The position numbers and the translations under genes were made by a program. Under the pieces are notes generated by a model that was not told where the DNA came from, did no database searches, and saw only the letters and a program-made list of their open reading frames with translations. A stretch of DNA of 33,434 nucleotides from Polymyxa betae A26-41 (taxonomy: Eukaryota > Protista > Endomyxa: Phytomyxea): NCBI GenBank assembly GCA_003693705.1, contig RBZT01000800.1, positions 1 through 33,434 on the forward strand, in the 5' to 3' direction. Positions 8,940 through 19,250 of this stretch are shown piece by piece. Each line of letters begins with the position of its first letter. The first letter of the stretch is position 1.

Positions 8940-11900
8940 TCTGAGTATCCACCTTTTCTCATGCTCCATCGATACAAAGTCAGACTCGTCTTCAACGGAT
9001 TATGAAAGAGATCCTGTTGATCAAGAGCGACAAATTGATCCAATGGAGGATTCTATGTTAAAATTTGAGCGTGATATTCTGAAAACCATTAACGATCAAG
9101 AGCAATGTTACAAGCCCTACTTTTATACAAGAGAATCAGATGAGAGAGCTTGGAATCGATAGCCTTGCCCACTTGCTGAAGATCAAACAAAAGATTATGC
9201 AATTTGCTGACCAGCGTTTCCGTTCGAGTATCAATAGCAAATGCTTTGATGAACTCCTTGGCATGTATCTTCAAGAGATTTCAACTCGACCAGACCATGA
9301 TTCCGGTGATCCCGTTAAAGTTTATGAGCGACTTCCAGAAAACTGGAAACAAGACAAAGAACCATTCTCAGAGACATTTTCTTATCATTTATGCCCATTG
9401 CCCTGGAGTCATGGTCCTAATGGACATTGCATCTATGTGCTCGAGTTTGAATTCTCTGAACAATTCACAAAGGCTACAGTTTTTAGGAAAAGTCACAGGT
9501 GCTGTCGAGTATCTACCACGGAGCCATACCTTGAATACCTGAAAGCTCAAAAACAATCTCGAAAAATCTTCAAGAAAACGAATCACGAATACAACATTCA
9601 GCAAATCAAACAAGCCTGCGAAGACCCCACCGGTGCAGAATTTTACAAAGTTATCAAACAAATAGAAACTAGGCTCAATAAAAAATTACGACAGAACCAG
9701 ATCCATCACGATCAACCCAACACTGAAACGGAAGAGATTTCGCAAAAGTTTGAATCTATTTTTCGGACAAAACGACGTCAACCCTCGGACACAGAACAAT
9801 ACGACATAAAGAACGACCTAAGGAAAATCGAACAGCAATGGATGGCCGATACAAAAAGAAAGACAAATTCACCATAAGAGAGCTACAACAAGCGATCAAA
9901 AAGACAAACATGAAATCATCTAAAGGACCAGACGGAATCTCAAACATATAAAAATTGTTTGTGAGGATAATGAGTTCAGCGAAATGATGCTAATTAACGC
10001 CATCAATAATCAAACATTCCTCGCAGCAAAATACCCTACAGATCTGAAAAGTGCTCGTATAATTCTACTACCCAAACCAAAACCTGGGGATTACCGACCC
10101 ATCAGCTTACTTCCCAATCTATCTAAATTAGTATAATCCATGATACAGATTCGAATGCGACATACGATAGAATCCAAACTCCCACGTCACCAATTTGGAT
10201 GTAGACCAGGACACTCGACTTCTGCGCTTGCTGCATTATGCTGGAGCAGCAACAAGCAACGACCAATCGGCACATTTTAGTTAAAAAAATGTTGAAATTA
10301 GAAATTCCCGCATATCTGATAAAAATAGTCTACGAGTGGCTAACAGACCGAACATTCACAGTACAGCACAGAGGATATGAGACTACACCACGATCACAGG
10401 AAAACGGCATCCCTCAGGGGTCCAGCTTAAGCGTAATTTTATGGTTAATATTTGTGTACGACATCCCATTAAACCCCAGACTTTCAAATACATATGTAGA
10501 TGATACGATCGGATGGGCGATTGAATCTGAGAAAGAATACGTAGATGGTACATTAAGACACCAACATTGGTAAAATGGTCCGCTGGTGTAATAAGAACAA
10601 AATCAAGATCAATGCAGATCTAACATACGTCATTTTCAATGAATATGATCCCAACGATCAAATACAGTTCCAGGATATGACTATAAAAACGACTGATTCA
10701 ATACGGTATTTAGGTGCTGAAATCACAGCAATAAGGGAGAACAACAACGCGACTTTTCTAATCCAAAAGACTAAAATTGCAAAAAAATCTACAAACGATG
10801 TCAACTGATAAAACGTCTGCGGAAATACAAAATTCCAGAACAAATACTCCACCAATCATGTCATGCTTTTATTAGAGGTATTTTCAATTACTACATACCA
10901 TGGACTGCAGATGAATACGCGATCAAACAAACCATGCGACCTTTAGAAATGGCATCATGAATATATGAGAACATATACAGGATGTATCAAGTCAACACCG
11001 ATCCCTTTATTATACGCAATATGGAGATTCCTTTTCTTCCAAGACAAACTTTTTACCGACAGTGTCCTTACAATGATTAAAGCCGAACCACAAGGAAACC
11101 TACTAGGTGATGATTACCGTAGATGGGATCAGGATGGTTGCAAAGTAGACGGCTGGACACCATTTGGACGCGTTAGATATGCTATTGAAGAAACGAGTGC
11201 AAAAAAATTCGATTCTAGAATCCACGCACAGGAAATTATAGATTCTGAGACCCTTGAGGGACTCAGTAAATGTAAATTCCTCATCTATACACGAGAGACT
11301 GCCATGCAATTACATCAAAAAGGAGATCTCATCCCAGAAAATCCTGATATTGCTATCTGGACAGATGGAAGTCTAATCAGAGAATCTTCTAGAACAGAAC
11401 GCATCATTCTCACAGGCGCTGCTGCAATACTACATATCTCCAACCATGAAGAGTACGACCAGATATCCGAGCACCTAATCAAAATTGCACTAAATCTCAA
11501 AAACGCTGTATCGAGCTACGAAACTAAAATTATAGCCATACAAGCTGGCCTAGATATAGTTCTTCCATTAGAACTTGTAGATAGGAAGATCCATCTATTC
11601 ACAGATTCACTCTCATGCATCCAACAACTAGCCACCCTTCCATATAAATTTAAATTATACTACACATATCTGACCCGGATATACACAGTACTTTATTCGA
11701 ATTAGAAATTCATACGACAATACAGACAGAAAATGCCACATCCAGCTATGAGGCAGAAATCATAGCTCTGCAATCCGGCGTTACTTCATTACTGGAAATG
11801 TATCCCGGGAACAGACACATTCACATATTTACAGATTCTGTATCGTGCTTACAACAACTGGCAGGTCTCCCGTATAAATATAAATTTGTCAACGCAATCG

Positions 11901-12678
11901 TAAAAGATGTTGCTTCAAAATTAGCTGAGCTTAGTGATGATAATGATGTTGAACTACACTTTATTCCTAGTCATACAGACCTGATTGCAGAGAGTGATGC
12001 GATAGACGAACTCGCCAAACAAGCCGCTATAGACGGGGATCTCATAGAGCATGATCCATTGTCTCTTCATACAAACTAGTGTATAAACAATTAGAGAAAC
12101 AGAAGCTACAGAAATACCTGGAAAACAAGGTGAAACCGAGTCGATTTCCAAACTATCCGAAACGACAACTCCTCATAGAAGGCTATACCCGAACAGAAAT
12201 TCAAGACGGAGACACTGAAAATCGGATGTATTGCGATAGCCCTCTATTAAATAGGGTACGAACAGGACATACTCGAGCGCGAGTGCACTTGCAATTTAAA
12301 AATTGAGACCAGTGACCAGTGTCGTCATTGTGAGCGCAAAAGAGAAACCGTTGAGCACCAATTACTGAAATGCCCAAAATTCAAAGATCCACTTAGGAGG
12401 AAAACAGAAAGAAATGCAAACAGCTAAAACCAACAAGTTTTAATGAAGCACTCTACACACATGATCAATTTATGGCCAAATTTCTGGCGAAGGCATATTC
12501 ACAAGGATGTTATATATAGCGAATACGAAGGCTGGGTAACGCCAGTAGGGGAGTATTAGATAAGGATAGGGTACATGGGTTCGAGTCCCTGTTGGATTGG
12601 GCGGGTGCCTATCCTTCCTTATCGAGGCTCTCTTAGGTCCAGCTGATAGGGCCGTTTACGATCAATAATTATTAAAAC
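8940..12678 (+). mobile_element. 5'-truncated, frameshifted LINE retrotransposon ORF2 (RT, RNase H, C-terminal CCHC finger) with 3' UTR
   Basis: Motifs in order: KGPDGISN (~9925), PKPKPGDYRPISLL (~10075-10112), HQFGCRPGHST (~10190), GIPQGSSLS (~10410), YVDD (10493-10504), IRYLG (~10705), RNase H IWTDGS / SSYE / LFTDSLS / HFIPSH..DELAK, RVRTGH, CRHC..ETVEHQLLKC (12320-12373). Many stops and frameshifts. Confidence 0.93.
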
Positions 12679-12751
12679 GGGTGAATTACTGTAACGCCCC
12701 GAAATCGGTAGTAGGGGTTCTGGAATCTATTTGTGCAATTTGCCTAAGTTG

Positions 12752-12830
12752 TCCAGACATGCGTTTTGGAGCGAGCGCCGCCTGTTGACCATAAATCAGC
12801 AAACTAGTCGAATCCAATCCAATCCAATCC
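12752..12830 (+). repeat. Dispersed repeat with (ATCCA)n microsatellite; inverted copy at 32705-32767
   Basis: catgcgttttggag..accataaatcagcaaactagtcgaatccaatccaatccaatcc matches the reverse complement of 32705-32767 with one short indel. Confidence 0.8.
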
Positions 12831-13362
12831 TTGCCCAGTCCAAACAGTATGAATAAGTATGATCTTTTGATAAAGCGGTGATAAAGCTCAGAGATTGTGC
12901 AAATTTGCCAATAATTAAGTTCAGCAGGATGCCACAACTAGCTTAATTATGGTAATTATGGCATATGCCATAATTAGTGAGGGCCAGCTCTAACCGAAAG
13001 ATCCCGACAAGACAAATCTTTTTGCGTATTCCAATTTCAGATTTCAATATTGTTGACGGTGTTCATCACGCATCCTTATCTTCCAAAATTGCGCAGATTT
13101 AAAAGCAAAGTGCGCCGTTGCGAATGTCTAGTATATATATATTACACTCAAAGAATGAAAATTGAACCCTGTCGAGTTAGGATGGCGGTTATTAGAGAGG
13201 GGGCTGCGCGCACCTGTTGTACCGGTACTGACCCTCAGGTGTTCAATAAACGTACTGTAGCAGCCTCGAAGAAAAAAGCGTTCAGCTTCAGCCACGTATG
13301 TATGATGCTGTACGCAACCCTCGAGTGTTAAGACTTTACATTCTGATTCAGTGATTCCCACC

Positions 13363-15060
13363 ATGCATGTTCACGTTGTCTTGATGGCGGCGGCCGTACT
13401 GGTCCTGGGGGAGGCGGCCTTTTCGGCCGACCAGGAATCTGATCTCGTTCGTCTCCCGGATGAGATCTTGGAGCAGTGCTGCGTCTCTGCAACAGACCTG
13501 GGACATCTCAGTCTGACATCCCGCCGACTGCTGCATTTGGGCCGTCGCGAGGTCGTACAGGCTCTGTTCGAATCGCTCAGTACCCGTAGAAACCAGATCC
13601 CCCAGCTGGTCCGTATTCTTGCCGCCCGAGTCCGGTACGATCCCGAGACGCTCGATCATGTGAAGAAAGTTCCTCCTCAGCTGGTCATGGGAGTGTATCA
13701 GTTAATTATGTGGAATGAGATATTGAGAAATGAGGAGAAGGCCCAACTACTAAGCTGCATGATTCGAAGACTGGGCCTGACATTGATGGATGATGAGAAG
13801 GAGTTCTTAATTCATGTCAGTGATGGTGATCCGATACCCGGACTTCGTGTCCGTGGCCTGCCGGAACCCGTTCTTGTTGTGATCAAGCAGAAGTATGCAG
13901 AGATCTTGCGTTGGCATCAATAAGGGTTCCTGGACCAAATCCTCTTTCAACTCCTACCGTGTCAAGCCCGTCAAATCAGGCGTTCCAATTGCATGGATCT
14001 CAAAAACGGACTGCGCCCTCTGTATTCGTTTCCGCCCAGTTATATGTTAGGACCTAGCTCCGGAGCCGCCCTCCATATTCTGAAATCGTTTCCCAAACAA
14101 TCTCATCCTCTTTCTGAGTGGCAGAACTTACTGACTCTGCGTCAGCTCGGGATCGTGTTCACTCTCCGTCTATATCTTCAGTATGTCCAGATTCCGCCCG
14201 AATCCATTCCGGATATCGTCCCTCTCCTACATTTAGGCAGCTTCAAGGAAGTATTGAAGCTTTTATGCAGGCTGGTCAAGGCCAGAAGCACCGATGGCTA
14301 TCAGCTGACCCATGATGGACGTACTGGCCTATACCGGGCTCTGCAATGGCTGCGGATCCCGTTTATTCAGCGACAAATCCTGATAAAGCCGGCAATGTTC
14401 ATTAAACACGCCTCCGAAATGTTGGGATCAAACAACTCGGAATTTTTCCGGGGTCTGGAATCGCTTTCGTTCATGCCCGAGATCATCAATAAATCCTATT
14501 CCGCGATTGAGAATTGGCCGCTTCTGAAGATAGCCGCTTCAAAACCGCTTCAAAACAGTTGTTCGATATTGCCCAGATTTTGATGCGGATTCCAAATGCG
14601 TCTTTGTTTGTGAGGGTCCAGGACCGGATTTCCACCATCGATCTCGTTCTTCGAGATTTAATAGGCATGTCTCAGAAGCAGACTATCGACTTCCTATTGT
14701 CCTCGGAATTCATCAAACTGATGCTCTCGAACATCCCAGAACTAAAAGAATCTCTTAAGTCTCTTATCAATGATCGAGATCTGGCACATATCCGTTCTCT
14801 TATTCAACATCCTCTCTATTGGAAGATCCCAGAAGATGTTAAATCTGAAGTCATTCAATATTCAAATATTCATTGTTATCATACCTATATATATTATGCT
14901 CTGCCAAAGAGCCGCTTTAAACAGTTTGACACTGAACCTGAATCGTTTCAAGATTGTTCCAATAAACATGCTTCGTCTCAGCTTTGTGTATTGCTGTGTT
15001 TGCTCTCTCATTTTAGAAGGTTTCTTCTCACAGGCGCGCTCACCTACAGGTTCGCTATCC
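13363..15060 (+). pseudogene. Signal peptide + F-box-like protein, disrupted by an in-frame TAA (13921-13923) and a frameshift near 14520-14580
   Basis: MHVHVVLMAAAVLVLGEAAFSA is followed by LVRLPDEILEQCCVSATDLGHLSLTSRRLLHL (F-box consensus L..LP.EIL....DL..L..(V/T)SR). ORFs 13351-13923 and 13993-14583 share a frame with no evident intron, and 14514-15176 continues in another frame. The 3' end is uncertain. Confidence 0.6.
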
Positions 15061-15098
15061 TATGTAATATTGTTTTGTCACTTGTCAGATTGATGGGA

Positions 15099-15640
15099 AC
15101 TATTGGCTCGATGTCCCACGCCTTTGCCCGATCTTTCCAAAATAGCAGAATACATGATTCAGATCCGGATTCGTGAAGAATTAGAACGAGACTTGCCACG
15201 TCTACAATTCGGATGCAGACCAAGATATTCCACAGCTCACGCGCTAATGAGATTGATGCACTAATCCGGGACAGCTTCAGGAAAGCAGAATCAGTTTGGA
15301 GCAATCCTTTATGATCTCACCAAATCATATGACAAAGAATCAAAAGCAACCCCTAAGCTGCAAATACCTTCATCGACAACACAGCAGGCTGGCCAATAGC
15401 TAGTGATAAAACAGAGGTTGAAAAACAGCTAAGAGAACAGCTTCGCCGAATGATTAACTAGTGTGGCAGAAATAAGATCTGAATTGACACTGAAAGACAC
15501 TTCTAATCTAAGGCAAAAAAACAAAAGCGGAAAATCTCTCACGCTGTACTCGCAAGCTGTCAGAAAAGCGAAAATTAGGACCTAGCCGGGTATGCTCAGA
15601 ACTTGATCGCACCGACGGCGTGGGACATCGAGCCAACAGT
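15099..15640. repeat. 24-bp inverted repeat pair (15099-15122 / 15617-15640) bracketing a LINE RT fragment
   Basis: actattggctcgatgtcccacgcc versus ggcgtgggacatcgagccaacagt (1 mismatch). Confidence 0.75.
15177..15495 (+). mobile_element. LINE reverse transcriptase fragment with internal deletion
   Basis: LPRLQFGCRPRYSTAHALMRLMH*SGTASGKQNQFGAILYDLTKSYDK, then ANTFIDNTAGWPIASDKTEVEKQLREQL; homologous to 10170-10600. Confidence 0.85.
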
Positions 15641-15980
15641 GGCAAATTCCCATTGTTTCAAAACCGCAAATTGACATCGTTTAGGCCTTTGAGATTGCCA
15701 GTATAGTGGCTGGCTGCGCAATTAAACTAAATTATGGCAATCTGTTGAAGGGGAAGCAACTTTAACCGCACAAAGTCGGACAATGACACTTCAAAAAGAT
15801 CTGAGTAGGGCTGATATTACCAATAATGATTAATTCTAAGCTCATGATTTAGCACACAAAAACATATAAACAAGAAAAACGCCTCGGAAGCTCATTTCGT
15901 TAGATAACAGAAATTTGTGATGACCCAGGGAACTACCTCTGGAATGCCACGTTTCTGGGATAAAGTATGCTACTGTATAA

Positions 15981-16520
15981 TACACTTAAAAACGGGTAAA
16001 CAGGCTAAAGGTAGACATGCAGAGAAATGCGAGGGTGTCTACCTCCTCGAAGAATTAGGAGGACGGGCTTGACACTGCGCCGAAACCCTAGGTAGACAGG
16101 CTAAGCGCAGCCTCTCGACAATTAAATATGATGGGCTGCGCATTCTGGTTGCGCAGGAACAGTTATTCGCATCTAGTTATGCTGCATTCCAATCAAGTTT
16201 GAATTCGATTTATCTTCTGTAGTCTGGAGTTAAGGATATCGAGTTTGTATAAAGTGATGAATTTTTCGGAGCTTCCACGATTCTGTTGCCGTATCCTAAG
16301 CAAGTGTGTCTAGCGCAGTCGCTACAATAGTGTCTAGCTTGAGCAGCCCGTCGAACAATTGTCAAAGAGCTGAGCTCAGCCAGTCTACCAAGGGTTTCGG
16401 CCCAATATCAAGCCTGTCTACCTAAGTCTTTAGCCCACCGTTAAAGGGTAGACAAGGGAACTCAACACCCTCGCACTTCTCGGCCTGTCTACATTTTGCC
16501 TGTCTCTACCCTTTTCTGTA
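15981..16520. mobile_element. MITE / foldback element with ~170-bp imperfect TIRs, TA-flanked (Tc1/mariner-like)
   Basis: Left tacac..gggtaaacaggctaaaggtagacatgcagagaaatgcgagggtgt..ccgaaaccctaggtagacaggctaag matches the reverse complement of 16340-16520, which ends ..cttttctgta. Confidence 0.8.
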
Positions 16521-16581
16521 GGCCTATAAAGTTTTGTACTGTTTTGAAATGTGACGGTCTCCTGGTCAGAATTTGGAAAAC

Positions 16582-16588
16582 AAAAAAA
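16582..16588 (-). terminator. Pol III oligo-T terminator of tRNA-Pro
   Basis: T7 run on the minus strand 2 nt after the discriminator base. Confidence 0.8.
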
Positions 16589-16590
16589 TG

Positions 16591-16662
16591 GGGCTCAGCC
16601 GGTAATCGAAACCGGGACCTCTCCGACCCTAACAGAGAATCATGCCACTAGACCACTAAGCC
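16591..16662 (-). tRNA. trnP-AGG: tRNA-Pro (anticodon AGG), intronless
   Basis: GGCTTAG TGGTCTAGTGGCATGATT CTCTG TTAGGGT CGGAG AGGTC CCGGT TTCGATT ACCGG CTGAGCC C folds as a 72-nt cloverleaf with A box TGGTCTAGTGG. Confidence 0.95.
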
Positions 16663-17026
16663 GAATTCTTGTATCATTAACCGCGATCCGCCACGATGTT
16701 TATCACGAATGGGTTAGAGAATTGTTCAAATCTGTCTATTTTTCCGACGTCACTTCACTGAAAGCGTTCACAGGCATAACGACCGGTCTCCCTACTGAAT
16801 CTTCATCCGCTATTGACTGACAGCTATGAAAACAAACCCCCGAGTTTCTGCCAATCTCGCTTGAAACATGCAATAGAGATGAAGGTCGCGATTAGATTAA
16901 TCCAATTCCTCAATCTCAGATCAATCTCGACTCTTGATACTGCTTAGATCCAATGCTACTTCCGCTTCGGAATCTCTATTTCTGTAATTATATTATATAT
17001 CAGGTGGGCGATCGTCGTCACGACCG

Positions 17027-17404
17027 ATGTGGCCGTTCTCAGATTGTCTGAACATGGTATGCGGGCTCCGGACTCCGGAGCCTGCCGATCGACGTGCTTC
17101 CTGCGGCCACCTATGCGACACTGGAACTCCCGACCCCGGTCAAACCCCTAATCCGTGCTGCTGGTGTCAAGTTCGACGTCTGCGGATCTCGTCGTCGGCC
17201 GAGCTGCAAGAAACCTCTCTGGAAGGGGATGATGCGACTCCGCCATGCTGCTCCGTCTGTATGGCTAGGCATGATACCGTCGTCAAAGTCCTTCAGCATG
17301 TCGAGCAGCAGCGCGCTCTCTCAAATGAGATTGAGCTGATCCATGCCGGAAGTCGGGGTGGCGATTCCGACCCTATAATAGAGTCGTCTAATAAAGACTT
17401 GTAG
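17027..17404 (+). CDS. Hypothetical Cys-rich protein (125 aa), possibly preceded by an upstream exon
   Basis: GC-rich ORF starting just after an acceptor-like tatatcag at 17003; motifs CGHLC, CCWC and CCSVC. No family recognised. Confidence 0.4.
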   Translation: MWPFSDCLNMVCGLRTPEPADRRASCGHLCDTGTPDPGQTPNPCCWCQVRRLRISSSAELQETSLEGDDATPPCCSVCMARHDTVVKVLQHVEQQRALSNEIELIHAGSRGGDSDPIIESSNKDL

Positions 17405-18206
17405 AGCTTCTAATGTGACCGTTTATGTCGTTTAGACCTTTTGTGCCTGAAACAGCACCGGCTGTTGATGACTTTTGTGCCTTGATCACTGGCCAAGTTC
17501 GATTCGAGATCTCGCAGGGTTCGCGAAAAGAAGCGTCCCGCGATATGAAAATCTCGCAAAAAAAGGCCCTGCGCAGACTCGAACTGCGGTTGCAGGAATC
17601 AGAACCCTGCGTGATAACCACCTACACTACAGAGCCAATTTTGATCTATAGATGTCCCATCTAAAGATTGTTTCTAAGCGCCTTGTTCTTCCATTGACCT
17701 TATTTCGTGATGATTGTTGGTGTAACGTTATGATTCTGGTGCACGCCATCGTCTGACTCATCCTTTGGTGATAGAAGAATATGCCCACCTTCCCTTACTG
17801 AATCTTGACAAAAGAAACGGTTTTACATTGCGGTAACCGGCTGGCGACTCCGAATCGGTTGTTACCGCCGAAATTGCGGAAACCCCAATCGGTCCCTGAC
17901 AAATGCTTTACATTGGGGGTGATTTCCTTCTCCAAGATAACACTTTTGTCAAATGCTGCAACTATAAAACGAAAACCCATTCAGAAAAACGTTGTTTATT
18001 GATAGTCCGATAATTCCTAGATCGGATTGTTTCGTAGCAGACCTGCAGCCTGATATATCGTGATTGATCGTGTATTGATCATTCTCTTGGATTAATTTCA
18101 CTTGTTGGTTCCGGTTTCGCTTTGGTTCCGATTGACCTTTTGGAAGGCCGTCACATATCAATTCTTGTTACATTCCAAACCTCTCTGATAGTATTCTAAT
18201 CGTAAC

Positions 18207-19250
18207 ATGTTGGCCTTTCGGACCTGTTTGAAATTTTCCGTCGCCTTCATTTTGACATTCGGCTTCTTCTTCTTCATCGCGTACTACTTCAAAGATACAG
18301 GGGTCGATAACCACGCAGCTAACGACCTCGATAACTGGACCGGTAACGACACCGAATGTGTCAATAACCGGCCAGCTAAAGATGCCAACAACTGGGCAGC
18401 TAAAGATGCCAAGAACCCGGCCGCTAAAGGTGTCGAAAGCGGCGCAGTTAATGATGTCGAAACCATCTCGAAATCCTTCGACATCGATGAACTATTCAAC
18501 GATGAACGCGTCAAATCGCTGGAACGAATCTTCGCCGTGATCCAAAAATCCTTTATGGAAGTTATCGGACTTTCGGACCCGCGCGATCGTACTGAAATCG
18601 CATCTGAGGCGGAGCTCGTGAAAAACTACACGGACACGTTCCAGGAGCTTGTCGACGATGACAAAATCAATGATGCCGGACTTGTCGCCTTTTACACGTC
18701 GACCATGACTTCTTACGTTTCCCATTTGATCTGGGCCAAGGTCCTGATGGAGCAGATGTTGAGAGGATTTCGCTTCTATCTCCGAGAGAACCCACTCGGG
18801 GCGTTCTACCGTTTAGATGAGATCGTCCGGTGCCTGCGATCCTGCACATCGATCGCCTATCAAATCCAGAACAAAATTGGAATCCCGTTGGTGATGGAAC
18901 ATGTCATACAGAACGCTATCAAAATCCTCGAACGCAACTCTCTTGTGATCAAGCCGGAAGAAATTGAAATTTCAGATATTCAAATTACGATTGCATTCAG
19001 TGATGAAGATCTACAAAATGATGATCATATCGGATACATCCGTGCGATTTCGTATCTGGAAAACAGAGTCCGACGATCTATTCTTGATGAATCCGTGCGA
19101 AAGGCGATTCTGGACGCGATCATGAAAGAATATGTTCGACGATCTGATTTCGTATGGTTTGATGATAAGAGCGGTATGAAATTTGAAGATTATGTTGTGG
19201 CAGAGGAATATCCTTCTCCAGCCTCTAATCAACCTCTTCTAACGAATTAG
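18207..19250 (+). CDS. Hypothetical 347-aa protein with N-terminal signal anchor, 8-aa repeat stalk and helical C-terminal domain
   Basis: Long intronless ORF with hydrophobic FSVAFILTFGFFFFIAYYF, repeats DNHAANDL/DNWTGNDT/NNRPAKDA/NNWAAKDA/KNPAAKGV/ESGAVNDV, and AATAAA at ~19306-19315. Confidence 0.8.
   Translation: MLAFRTCLKFSVAFILTFGFFFFIAYYFKDTGVDNHAANDLDNWTGNDTECVNNRPAKDANNWAAKDAKNPAAKGVESGAVNDVETISKSFDIDELFNDERVKSLERIFAVIQKSFMEVIGLSDPRDRTEIASEAELVKNYTDTFQELVDDDKINDAGLVAFYTSTMTSYVSHLIWAKVLMEQMLRGFRFYLRENPLGAFYRLDEIVRCLRSCTSIAYQIQNKIGIPLVMEHVIQNAIKILERNSLVIKPEEIEISDIQITIAFSDEDLQNDDHIGYIRAISYLENRVRRSILDESVRKAILDAIMKEYVRRSDFVWFDDKSGMKFEDYVVAEEYPSPASNQPLLTN

Noticed and set aside
12640-12660. 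Hammerhead ribozyme at the LINE 3' end (ctgatag)
   Set aside because: The core CUGANGA and downstream GAAA are not matched.
13921-13923. Stop-codon reassignment or read-through at the in-frame TAA
   Set aside because: TAA and TAG terminate other well-supported genes here, and the same gene also has a frameshift, so decay or sequencing error is simpler.
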